From: an uncultured Actinomycetes bacterium
Lineage (GTDB): Bacteria > Actinomycetota > UBA4738 > HRBIN12
Reading direction: 5' to 3'
NCBI GenBank assembly: GCA_963835415.1
Contig: CAWIFZ010000002.1
Location: 21,569 to 85,568 of the forward strand
DNA length: 64,000 nt
Made by a program: the position numbers and the translations under genes. Shown piece by piece: positions 52,749-62,619 of the stretch (position 1 is its first letter; every line of letters starts with the position of its first letter). The notes beneath the pieces are model-generated. The model was given only the letters and a program-made list of their open reading frames with translations, made no database searches and was not told where the DNA came from.

Positions 52749-53424
52749 GGCGGGCCATCACCAGGGCTTGGGCGGTCTCGGAGGCGACGGCGGCATCGCG
52801 GCAATACGCGTCGGCTCCCACCGCCTTGCCGAACTCCTCGTTCAAGGGCGCGCCGCCGACCAACACGATGTAGTCGTCGCGGATGCCCTGCTCGACCATC
52901 GTGTCGATCACGACCTTCATGTACGGCATCGTCGTGGTGAGCAGCGCGGACATGCCCAGGATGTCGGGCTTGTGCTCCTCGAGCGCGGCCAGGTACTTCT
53001 CGACCGGGTTGTTGATGCCCAGGTCGATCACGTCGAAGCCGGCGCCCTCCAGCATCATCGCCACCAGGTTCTTGCCGATGTCGTGGATGTCGCCCTTCAC
53101 GGTGCCGATCACGACCGTGCCCATCCGTTCGGCGCCGGTCTCGGCCAGCAACGGGCGCAGGATCTCCATCCCGGCCTTCATCGCGTTCGCGGCCAGGAGC
53201 ACCTCGGGCACGAACAGGATGCCGTCGCGGAAGTCGATGCCCGACGATGCGCATGCCCTCCACGAGCGCCTCGTTCAGCACGCGATCGGCGGACCATCCC
53301 CGCCCGAGCAGGATGTTCGTCCCCTCGACGATCTCGGGAGCCAATCCGTCGTAGAGGTCGTCGTGCATCTGCTTCGTCAGTTCGTCGTCGGGCAGCGCCG
53401 ACAGATCCAGCTCTTCGTCGTCAT
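52729..53424 (-). CDS. Cobalamin-binding corrinoid protein (MtgC/MtmC-like: B12-binding_2 helical cap + Rossmann B12 domain); frame broken at ~53230 and probably right after the start
   Basis: B12 domain GTVKGDIHDIGKNLV (DxHxxG). Cap domain LDLSALPDDELTKQMHDDLYDGLAPEIVEG...VGHR|FRDGILFVPEVLLAANAMKAG. ATG at 53424 has a perfect GAGGAG but runs into a stop unless one base is restored within ~10 nt. Confidence 0.65.
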
Positions 53425-53441
53425 GGTCTCCTCATCTGTCC

Positions 53442-55908
53442 TCAGACCTTCTGGCGTTCGCCCTTGGGGTCCCAGAGTGGGTCGGCGGCCACGGTGGCCG
53501 CATGTCGTTCGCCGAAGTACTCGACCTCGACCGACGTGCCCTCGCCCGCGAGGTCCACCGGGAGGTAGCCGTAGACGATCCCGCGACCCACCGAGTATCC
53601 GTAGGCCGCGGACGTCACGTAGCTCACGACCCGGTCGCCGGACCAGATCGGCTCCTTGCCCATCACGACCGTCGCCGGGTCGTCGAACGTCATGCACGCG
53701 AGCTTGTGCGAGTGCCCTCGGTCCAGGATCGCCTCGAGCGCAGCCCGTCCCTGGAACTCGCCCTTGTCCATGCGCACAGCGAACCCGAGCCCCGCCTCGA
53801 ACGGATCGTGCTCGGGGTTGATGTCCTGCCCCCAGAGCCGGTAGCCCTTCTCCAGCCGGAGCGAGTCGAACGCCCCGGACCCGGCCGCGACGATGCCGTG
53901 CTCGCGACCCGCCTCCCACAGCAGGTCCCACGCGCGATCGCCCATCGCGAACTGCCCGTACAGCTCCCAACCCAGCTCGCCGGCGTACGAGATGCGTTGC
54001 GCCCAGACCGGTCCGACCTCGCCGACGTTGAGGTACCGCGCGGTCAGGTACGGGAACGCGTCGTTCGACACGTCGGCATCGGTGACGGCCTGCAGCACGT
54101 CGCGCGCCCTCGGGCCCCACAGCCCGAGCGCGAACAGCGAGCCGGTCCGCTCGGTGATCGTCACGCGCTCGCCGTCGCGGATCTGTCGCGCGCATCCACG
54201 CCAGGTCGTGCTGGCCCGAGCCGCCGCCGGTCACCACGCGGAACAGCTCGTCACCCTTGCGCGTCACCGTCAGGTCGCACCGGATCCCGCCCGACGGCGT
54301 GAGCATCGCCGTGTAGACGACCGAGCCGACCGGCCGGTCGATCCGGTTCGCGCAGATCCGCTCCAGGTAGCCGAGCGCATCCGGTCCGGTCACGTCGAGC
54401 TTGGCGAACGGCGTGATGTCGAACAGCGCCACGCGTTCGCGGGTGGCCACGTGCTCGGCGCCCACGGCGGGCGACCAGTTCATGGCGGCCCATGCGTCTC
54501 GGCGTTCCCAGTCGGCGCCCGTGAGCAGCGCGCGGTTCGCCTCGAACCATTGCGGGCGTTCCCATCCCGCGCCGGTGAAGCACTCCGCGCCGAGCGCCGC
54601 GTGGCGGTCGAAGAACGGCGTCAGCCGGAGCTTCCGTGGCGCGGCCATCTGCTGCAGCGGATGCAGGATGTCGTAGACCTCGCGGTACTGCTGCGCGCCT
54701 CTGACCTGCACGTACGGCGGCGTGGTCTGGAACGGGTAGAAGCGGTTCGCGTCCGCCTCGGCCAGGTCGTAGCCGGGCTCACCGTTCACCATCCACTCGG
54801 CGACCTGCTGTCCCATCCCACCACCGTGCGTGACCCACACCGCCTCGCAGAGCCAGAGGCCGCGGACGTTCGCCGACTCGCCGACGATCGAGCCGGCATC
54901 CGGCGTGAACGAGAACATCCCGTTGATCGACCGGGCGGGATCGGCGGGACGCATGTGACCGGCGAGCGCCGGAAGCACGCGCTCGGCTTCGCGTTCGGCC
55001 GAAGCGAAGTCCGCGGGGGTGAACGGCATCAGCGACGGCATCGGCCCGTCGCCGTGCCGACGGATGTCGCGCTGCGGCGTGACGATCGGCTCGTGTCGGT
55101 AGTTGCCGACGCCGTAGTGGTCCTCACGGTGGCGGAAGTACATCGCGTGATCCTGGTGACGAAGGATCGGGTGCACGACCTCGCGTGTCTCGCCGGCGAG
55201 CTCGGGGATCGGATCCGTCCACACGAGCTGGTGCTGCACCGCCACGAGCGGCACCGGCACACCGGCCAACGCGCCCACGGTCGGCCCCCAGATGCCCGCG
55301 CAGATCAACACCCGCTCGCAGTCGATGTGCCCCCGGTCGGTCTCCACGCCGTGCACGCGACCGTCGCGGATGTCGAAGCCGGTGACGGTGACGCCACCTT
55401 CGAACGAGACGCCCCGCTCGGACGCCTTCGCGGCGAGGGCCGTCACGATCCGCACCGCCTTCGCGATGCCGTCGCTCGGCACGAGGTACGCCCCCAGGAT
55501 CGCGGCCGCGTCGACGAGCGGAACCTTCTCCGCGGTCTCGGCCGGGGTCAGCAATGCCGTGTCCTCGATGCCGTACGAGCGGGCGAACCCCTGCCGCCGC
55601 CGCAGCTCAGCCATCCGTTCCGGGGTGGTCGCGATCTCGATGCCGCCGACCCCGAACCAACCCGGCTCGCCGTCCACGGCGAGCGAGCCGTACAGGCGGA
55701 CGGTGTCCTGCGCGATCCGGCACATCGTGCGGGAGCCGTTCGTCTGGAAGACCAGGCCGGGAGCGTGCGACGTCGACCCGCCCGTCTCGAACAGCGGGCC
55801 CTGGTCGATCACCAGGACATCGGTCGATCCGAGCTCCGCCAGGTGATAGGCGGCGCTCGCGCCCACGATGCCCGCGCCGACGATGACCGTCTGCGCCCGG
55901 TCGCGCAT
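53442..55908 (-). CDS. Dimethylglycine oxidase / sarcosine-dehydrogenase-family protein, second copy; frame broken at ~54196
   Basis: ATG at 55908 after GGAGAAGGGAAGCGG. VIVGAGIVGASAAYHL. C-terminal GcvT domain in ORF 53442..54164 ending ...PLWDPKGERQKV (compare ...PLWDPKGERIRS in copy 1). Junction tggatgcgcgcg-a-cagatc. Confidence 0.75.
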
Positions 55909-55990
55909 CCCGCTTCCCTTCTCCAACTCACGGTGTATCAGGCGTGTTGTGGTCATGGTGGACGTCAGGTGTTGCGGTGACAAGCTATGC

Positions 55991-56007
55991 GTTGCGTTCT
56001 CAGCAAC
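55991..56007. promoter_or_regulatory. Palindrome GTTGC-N7-GCAAC upstream of the corrinoid/DMGO operon (candidate operator)
   Basis: gttgcgttctcagcaac. Lies 84-100 nt upstream of the 55908 start codon. Same half-sites as the site at 62560-62578. Confidence 0.35.
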
Positions 56008-56022
56008 ATACTCAGACTGCTG

Positions 56023-56790
56023 TCAGCCGCCCGTTCGGAGCGCCTCGAGACCGGCGCGGAGCGCGCCGCCGTAGAGGTCGATATCGGAGCCGAGCGCGAC
56101 CATGCGGAACCCGCGGGCGAGCATCGATCGCGCGACGTCAACGGAACCGACCAGGACGCCCGCCGCGATGCCCGCATCGGCGCAGGCGGCCAGCACGCGG
56201 TCTTCCGCCTGGGTCATGCGCGCATCGTCGAACGCCCCGGGGATGCCCATGGCGATCGACAGGTCGAACTGCCCCACCCAGAGGACGTCGACGCCCGGGG
56301 TGACAGCGATCTCCTCGACGTGATGGAGGCCGGCCTCGGTCTCGATCTGCAGGATCACGAGCGTCCCCTCCTCGGCGGCGCGCATCGCCTCGCCGACGCC
56401 CGCCGAGAGCTGATCGCCGTACAGCAGACCGAAGCCGCGGCTGCCGTGAGGAGCGAAGCGAGCCGCCTGCACGACGCGCTCGGCCTCGATCGCGTCGCCG
56501 ATCATCGGCACCATGACGCCACGCGCTCCCACGTCGAGCGCCGGCGAGATCAGCTGACGCGCCGACCCCTGCACGCGCACGAGTGGCTCGACGTCGTGCG
56601 CGCCCGCTGCGGCGAGCAGCGGACGGATCCCCTCGATCCCCCAACCCGTGTGCTCCAGGTCGAGCATCACGAAGTCCGCGCCGGCGTTGGCCACGATGCG
56701 CGGCAGGCCGAGCGTGTGGAACTCGAACACCATGGTGCCGAGCGCGGTTCCACCCTCTGCCAGGCGCGCGCGCAGCGTCGGTCGCGTCAC
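56023..56790 (-). CDS. HpcH/HpaI-family aldolase / citrate-lyase-beta-like protein
   Basis: GTG at 56790 lies 2 nt after the ALDH stop. TIM-barrel PEP-utilising-family motifs (MLDLEHTGWG, VRVQG, LQIETEAG). Confidence 0.65.
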   Translation of the reverse strand: MTRPTLRARLAEGGTALGTMVFEFHTLGLPRIVANAGADFVMLDLEHTGWGIEGIRPLLAAAGAHDVEPLVRVQGSARQLISPALDVGARGVMVPMIGDAIEAERVVQAARFAPHGSRGFGLLYGDQLSAGVGEAMRAAEEGTLVILQIETEAGLHHVEEIAVTPGVDVLWVGQFDLSIAMGIPGAFDDARMTQAEDRVLAACADAGIAAGVLVGSVDVARSMLARGFRMVALGSDIDLYGGALRAGLEALRTGG

Positions 56791-56792
56791 GG

Positions 56793-58241
56793 TCAGCCGA
56801 GGTCGATGACGACGGTCTTCAGCTCGGTCAGGCGATCCATGGAGAACCGGCCGCCCACGCGTCCGACACCGCTCTGCGAGCCTGCACGCCCACCGAACGG
56901 CAGGTGCGACTCCCAGTAGTTCGTTCCCTCGTTGACGTTGACCCATCCCGCGCGCACGGCCTCGGCGAACCGCAACCCGGCCCCCAGGTCGCGGGTGAAG
57001 ATCGCGGTGAGGAGGCCGTACGGCGAGTCGTTCACTGCGCGGATCGCTTCGTCGACGGATCGGATCGTCGAGACCGGCGCCACCGGGCCGAACGTCTCCT
57101 CTCGGGCGATCTCCATATCAGGCGTGACGCCATCCAGGACCGTCGCCTCGAAGAACAGCTCGCTCCCGTTGCTCGGCGCGCGGCTGCCGCCCGCCAGCAC
57201 CACGGCACCGTGCTCGACCGCGTCGCGCACGTGCCGCTCGGTCTTGGCGGCGGTCGGCTCGTTGTTCACCGGACCGAGCGTGGTGGCGTCGTCGAACGGA
57301 TCGCCGATCCGGATCTGCTTGTCGATCGCGGCCGTCAGCAGGCCGAGGTACTCGTCGCGCACGTCCTCGTGGACCAGGATCCGCTCGCCGGCCGTGCAGC
57401 TCTGCCCCGCGTTCAGGAAACAGGCCGTGAGCGTCGCGGCCACCGCCGCATCCAGATCGGCGTCGTCCATGACCACGAGCGGCCCGTTCCCGCCCATCTC
57501 CAGCAGCAATCCCTTGCCGGCGCCGCGGGCGGCCACGGTCAACCCGGTGGCGATCGAGCCGATGAACCCGACGGTCTGGGTGCCCGGGTTGGCGGCGATC
57601 TCGTCGCCCACCACGGGTCCCGGTCCGGTCACCATGTTCACGACGCCCGGTGGGATCTCGGCCGCCTCGATGCACTCCGCCAGCTTCGCCGCGCAGATCG
57701 ACGTGGTCGGAGCCGGCGCCCACACGACGGTGTTCCCGTACGCGATCGCCGGCGCCAGGATCTCGGCGGGCATCGTGTACGGCCAGTTCCACGGGCTGAT
57801 GATCGAGACCACCCCACGGGGCACGCGGTACACGAGCACGCGCTTGTTCGCGTCGACGGACGGCGGCATCAGACCCTCCATCCGCCGGGCGTCCGCGGCA
57901 GCCATCTCGAAGTACGTGATCAGCTCGGCGACTTCGTCGTACGACTCGGCGCGGAGCGGCTTGCCTTGATCGAGGGTGAGCGTGTGCGCGAGGTCGTCCC
58001 GTCGTCCGTCGATCACCTCGGCGATGCGTTCCATGGCAGCCGCCCGGTCGAACACCGAGAGCGCCGCCCACTCGGGCCAGGCCCGGTTCGCCGCGTCGAT
58101 CGCTCGTTGCGCGTCGCCACGCGTCCCCTCGGCCACGCTGCCCACGACCGCGCCGGTCGACGGGCCGATCGCGTCGAACACCGCGCCGTCCTGACCGTCG
58201 ACCCAGTCGCCGTCGACGAACATGCGCACGTGCTCGGTCAT
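56793..58241 (-). CDS. NAD(P)-dependent aldehyde dehydrogenase (betaine-aldehyde-dehydrogenase-like)
   Basis: ATG at 58241 after GGAGG. ALDH Glu and Cys motifs (LEMGGNGP, GQSCTAGER). Sits between the OpuA transporter and the HpcH gene. Confidence 0.8.
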   Translation of the reverse strand: MTEHVRMFVDGDWVDGQDGAVFDAIGPSTGAVVGSVAEGTRGDAQRAIDAANRAWPEWAALSVFDRAAAMERIAEVIDGRRDDLAHTLTLDQGKPLRAESYDEVAELITYFEMAAADARRMEGLMPPSVDANKRVLVYRVPRGVVSIISPWNWPYTMPAEILAPAIAYGNTVVWAPAPTTSICAAKLAECIEAAEIPPGVVNMVTGPGPVVGDEIAANPGTQTVGFIGSIATGLTVAARGAGKGLLLEMGGNGPLVVMDDADLDAAVAATLTACFLNAGQSCTAGERILVHEDVRDEYLGLLTAAIDKQIRIGDPFDDATTLGPVNNEPTAAKTERHVRDAVEHGAVVLAGGSRAPSNGSELFFEATVLDGVTPDMEIAREETFGPVAPVSTIRSVDEAIRAVNDSPYGLLTAIFTRDLGAGLRFAEAVRAGWVNVNEGTNYWESHLPFGGRAGSQSGVGRVGGRFSMDRLTELKTVVIDLG

Positions 58242-58266
58242 GGGCTCACGCCTCCACGAGACGTAC

Positions 58267-58291
58267 GGGGGCGGCCCGAAGGGCCGCCCCC
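58267..58291 (-). terminator. Perfect GC hairpin (11-bp stem, GAA loop) between opuAC and the aldehyde dehydrogenase
   Basis: gggggcggccc-gaa-gggccgccccc. Lies 30 nt downstream of the opuAC stop and 26 nt upstream of the ALDH start. No U-tract, so it is an I-shaped actinobacterial-style terminator or attenuator. Confidence 0.45.
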
Positions 58292-58320
58292 GAGGACGTC
58301 TCGCTCGTCTCTGTCCGTGC

Positions 58321-59351
58321 TCAGCCCTGCGCGGCGAGGCCGGCGTCGACCCACGGCTGCCAGATGTCCGGGTTCGCGTCGATCCACTTCTGCGCCGCCT
58401 CTTCCGGCGACATCCCGTTGTTGATGTCGAGCGCGATCGAGTTCTGATCGTCGTTCGTGTACGACATCGCGGACAGCATCGCGAATGCCGCCGGGGCGTC
58501 GGTCTGCAGATCGGCGTTGAACGCCTTGTAGAGCGGATCCGGCGGGTAGCCGCACGCGTACTTCGACACGTCGTCGGCGGCCGCCGCCTCACAGGCCGGA
58601 CGTCATCTCGGGCAACTGCGACCATGGTGAGGTCGTACTTCGACTGCGCCCAGTGAGGCGTCCAGAAGTACATGAGGATGGGGCCTTCCTTCTGGTACGC
58701 CGCATCGAGCGCTGCCAGCTCGGCGGCCTCAGAGCCGCCGTAGACCACCTTCAGGTTCAGCCCCAGGTTGTCCGCGATCGGTTGGTCGAACGTCACGAAG
58801 CTCGGGTCACCGTCGAGGATCTGGCCCGCGTCACCGCTCTCCGCGGTCTTGAACATGTCGGCGTCGGTCTTCAGACCCTCCCACGTGGCGAGCTCCGGGT
58901 GATCCGTGAGCATGTAGGTGGGGATCCACCACCCGATCTGGCCGGTGACACCAAGATCGCCGCCGTCCACCACGCCGTTGTTTCCATCGATGAACTTCTT
59001 GTAGTCCTTCGCGTGACCGGAGGGCCAGACCTCGAGCGTGGCGCTCAACTGACCGTTCGCGAGCGCCGGGAACTGCGCGTACTCGTCGATCTTGGTCGTC
59101 TTGACCGTGTACCCGAGCTTGTCCTGCAGCAGGACTTGGGCCAGCGCCACGTTCGCATCGGATCCGGTCCACGGGCTGATGGCGAGGTTGATCGTCGTGC
59201 CGGAGTTATCGGGGACCTCGGCGGCGCCACCGGTCGCGCCCGATGCCCCCGTCGACCCTCCCGAGTTGTCGTCGCTCACGTCGCTACACGCGGCCGCGAG
59301 CGTGGCCACCACAGCGAGCACCGCGAGGAACCCCCACCGTCGCTTCTTCAT
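58321..59351 (-). CDS. Glycine betaine/choline ABC transporter substrate-binding lipoprotein (OpuAC/ProX); frame broken near 58590
   Basis: ATG at 59351 after AAGGAGAGGAG. Lipoprotein signal MKKRRWGFLAVLAVVATLAAAC. OpuAC fold. C-terminal 80 aa (ORF 58321..58569: SKYACGYPPDPLYKAF...) lie in a different frame from the body. Confidence 0.7.
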
Positions 59352-61448
59352 GTCGACTCCTCTCCTTGTTGGGATGTCGTCTCGGAGACACCAATAGCTA
59401 CGGCAACAGCGCCGTTCGCGGATGGGCCGGACCTCCATCGGAACGAACGGCTGGATGGTGCGGAGACGCGGTTGGCTTCACCCATCGCTTGGGTGATCCG
59501 GTCGATGACGATCGCCAGGAGCATGATGCAGATCCCCGCCACCATGCCGGCGCCGGGGTCGTGCGAGAGTCCCCTGACCACTTCGAGTCCGAGGCCGGCA
59601 CCGCCGATGAGGCCGGCGATGATGACCACGGAGAACACCATGATGATCGTCTGGTTCACGCCGAGCAGGATCGAAGGACGCGCGAGCGGCACCTGCACCT
59701 TCCAGAGCGTCTGCGATCCGTTCGCTCCATACGCCTCCGCCGCTTCGACGATCTCCGTCGGGACCTGGCGGATCCCCAGATTGGTCAGCCTGATGCCCGG
59801 CGGCAGCGCGTAGACGAGGGCGGCGATCACGCCGGGGACGCGTCCCGGCCCGAAGAGCGCCACCACCGGCACGAGGTACACGAACTGCGGCATCGTCTGC
59901 ATCATGTCGAGGATCGGACGGAGCCCCCGCTCCACCCCATCGCTGCGAGCGCACCAGATCCCGAGCGGGATGGCGAGGGCGACCGACACGACGACCGCCA
60001 CCATGACCTGGCTGAGCGTGTCCATCGACTCGTTCCACATCCCGAGCACGCCGACCGCCGCGATGCATACGAACGCGAGCACCGCGAGCCCCCACCGTCG
60101 GGACACGCGCCATCCGATCAGCGCGGCGAAGCCGGCGACCATCCACCACGGCACGTCGGTCAGCAAGCTCCTCAGCGGATCCAGCGCGTACTTCACGGTC
60201 ACGTTCGTGATCGCCGTGGTCACCCCGCCGAACGTGCGCAGGATCCACGACACCGCCTCGTTCACGGGAGCCTCGATCGATACCGTCCACGACGACGGGA
60301 AATCCTGTTGGCGAAGCACCTGCCGACCGATGAACACCGCGATCGCCACGAGCGCGAACGTCAGGATGACCGCCACGAGCCGGGAGACCTCGCGCCCGTA
60401 CACGCGGACCGTGGTCGATCCGCGCCGCTTGCGGTCGCGGACACCCCACGCCGACGTCGTCCGGTCGAGCACGATCGCCAGGGCGACGATGGCGAGGCCG
60501 CCCGCGAGCGCCAACCCCGACGTTCAGGTTGTTGAGCCCGTCCAGCACCACCTGACCCAGGCCGCCGACGCCCACGGAGGCCGCGATCACCACGATGCCG
60601 AGCGCCATCATGATCGTCTGGTTGACGCCGAGAAGGATCGCCGGCTTGGCGAGCGGTAGCTGCACCCGGCGCAGGAGCTGCCGCGACGTGGATCCGAACG
60701 AACGTCCGACCTCGAGCGACGTCTCGGGCACCTGACGCACACCGAGACCGGTGAGCCGGATCGCGGGCGGGATCGCGAAGATCACCGTGGCGATGAGGGC
60801 CGTCGGCACGCCGATGCCGAACAGCAGCACGACCGGAACCAGGTATGAGAACGCCGGGATCGTCTGCATCGCATCCAGCACCGGACGGATCACCCGTTCG
60901 ACCGAGGGACGCCTTCCCGCCCAGATCCCGACCGGTATGCCGATCAGCAGCGCGATGATGACGGCGAACAGGATCAGCGCCAGGGTCTCGATGCTGGGAA
61001 CCCACAGTCCGAGCACTCCCATGAACACGAAGCCGCACGCCGCCAGCACCGCGAGACGCCAGCCGGCCACCAGGCCGGCGATCGCCGCGGCCAGCGCGAC
61101 CAACCCGAGCCAGGTCATGCGCGCGAGGACCAGGATCAGTTGGTCGTACGCCGACTGGATCCCGTTCCGCAGCGGATCCAGGATGTTGACGAAGAGCGGA
61201 CTCGTGCGCTGGTTCGCGATCACCCAGTCGTTGAACGCGTTGAACTTCGCGGCGACGTCGACCGTGAACGACTCCGGGAACCCGCCGGAGAGCTGCAGTC
61301 CGATCGCGATCACGATGATCACCGCGATCGCCCAGATCCCATATCTGAGTGGGCCGGACAGCCGGCGTCGTGCCGCCGGAACGACCACGGTCCGTTCGGG
61401 CGCTCCGAGCTCTTCGAGATCCGTGGTCGGCGGCGTGCGAACCGCCAT
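59348..61448 (-). CDS. Glycine betaine ABC transporter permease with two tandem ProW-type transmembrane domains; frame broken at ~60520
   Basis: Two complete ProW/OpuAB-like domains (each with a ...PAFSYLVPVV.../...MPQFVYLVPVV... EAA-loop region). They join in one frame if the run gtcggggttgg loses one G. ATG shares bases with the proV stop. Confidence 0.7.
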
Positions 61449-62486
61449 CAGCCCGCGCTCTCCATCATCGCCGTCAGGACCGCCGCGCGGTCCAGGATGC
61501 CCACCTGCTCGGCGCCCTCCACCACGCGGTAGGGACGGTCGCTCGTCACCATGAGCGGGAGCACCTCCTGCACGATCGTGGCGGCCGCGATGTCGCCGGC
61601 GTAGTCGGTCTCACCGTTCGTCGCGCGCATGATCGTGCGGACGGTGAGGACGTGCGCACGCGGGACGTCGCGGGTGAAGTCCGCGACGTAGTCGTCGGCC
61701 GGATGCGCCACGACCTCTTCGGGGGTGCCGATCTGGACGAATCGCCCGTCCTTCATGATCGCGATCCGGTCGCCGAGCTTCAGCGCCTCCATCAGATCGT
61801 GCGTGATGAAGATCATCGTCTTGCGGAGCTCGCGCTGCAGACGGACGACCTCGTCCTGCATGTCACGGCGGATCAACGGATCGAGCGCGCTGAACGGCTC
61901 GTCGAACAGCATGATCTCGGGGTCCGTGCAGAGCGCGCGCGCCAAGCCGACGCGCTGCTGCATCCCGCCGGACAGTTCATCGGGATACGCGTTGCCCATC
62001 CCACCCAGGCCCACGACCTCGAGGACTTCGTCGGCACGCGCCATGCGCGTCTCCTTGTCGATCCCTTGCACCTCCATGCCGAACGCGACGTTGTCCACGA
62101 TCCGACGGTGCGGGAACAGGCCGAAGTGCTGGAACACCATCGAGATCTTCCGTCGCCGGACCTCGCGCAGGCGGTCGTCGTCGAACCCGAGGATGTCCTC
62201 GCCGTCCAGCAGGATCTGACCGGCCGTCGGCTCATGCAGCCGGTTCATCATCCGCACGAGCGTGGACTTCCCGGAGCCGGAGAGCCCCATCACGACGAAG
62301 ACCTCGCCCGGCGTGGACGTCGAACGAGACGTCGCGCACGGCGGCCACGCAGCCCGTCTTCTCGAGGAGCTCGCTGCGGGGCAGGTCCGCGTCGGGGGTT
62401 CCGACGATCCGATCGGCGTTCGGCCCGTAGATCTTCCACGCGTTGCGGCAGGACACAGCGACCTGACTCGGCTCGTCCACCGGCAT
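61448..62486 (-). CDS. proV: Glycine betaine ABC transporter ATP-binding protein (ProV/OpuAA, with C-terminal CBS-like region); frame broken at ~62300
   Basis: N-terminus [11 protein letters not shown]...FDVHAG in ORF 62232..62513. Walker [11 protein letters not shown], signature LSGGMQQRV and Walker [11 protein letters not shown] in ORF 61448..62293. The junction gccgggcgag has one extra G. Confidence 0.75.
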
Positions 62487-62559
62487 CCCCCGTCCCCGGG
62501 TGGCGGCGCGCACCCGACCGCTGGATAGTGGGACTCAGTCGTCGCGCGCGCAAGGTAAC

Positions 62560-62578
62560 GGTTGCGTCAGGTGCAACC
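62560..62578. promoter_or_regulatory. Palindrome GGTTGC-N7-GCAACC in the proV-betA divergent promoter region (candidate operator)
   Basis: ggttgcgtcaggtgcaacc. Perfect 6-bp arms. Lies 74 nt upstream of proV and 42 nt upstream of betA. Confidence 0.4.
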
Positions 62579-62619
62579 ACGCCGTGCAGCGGCGGCTCGG
62601 CTCGGGCAGAATCCCGGCC

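Noticed and set aside
55909-56022. Possible cobalamin riboswitch upstream of the corrinoid operon
   Set aside because: The leader is only ~115 nt and no B12-box (GCCACTG-like) or conserved riboswitch stems were seen. It is too short for a cobalamin riboswitch.
53893-58424. Plus-strand ORFs 53893..55980 and 56583..58424
   Set aside because: Antisense to DMGO2 and to the HpcH/ALDH genes. No motifs.
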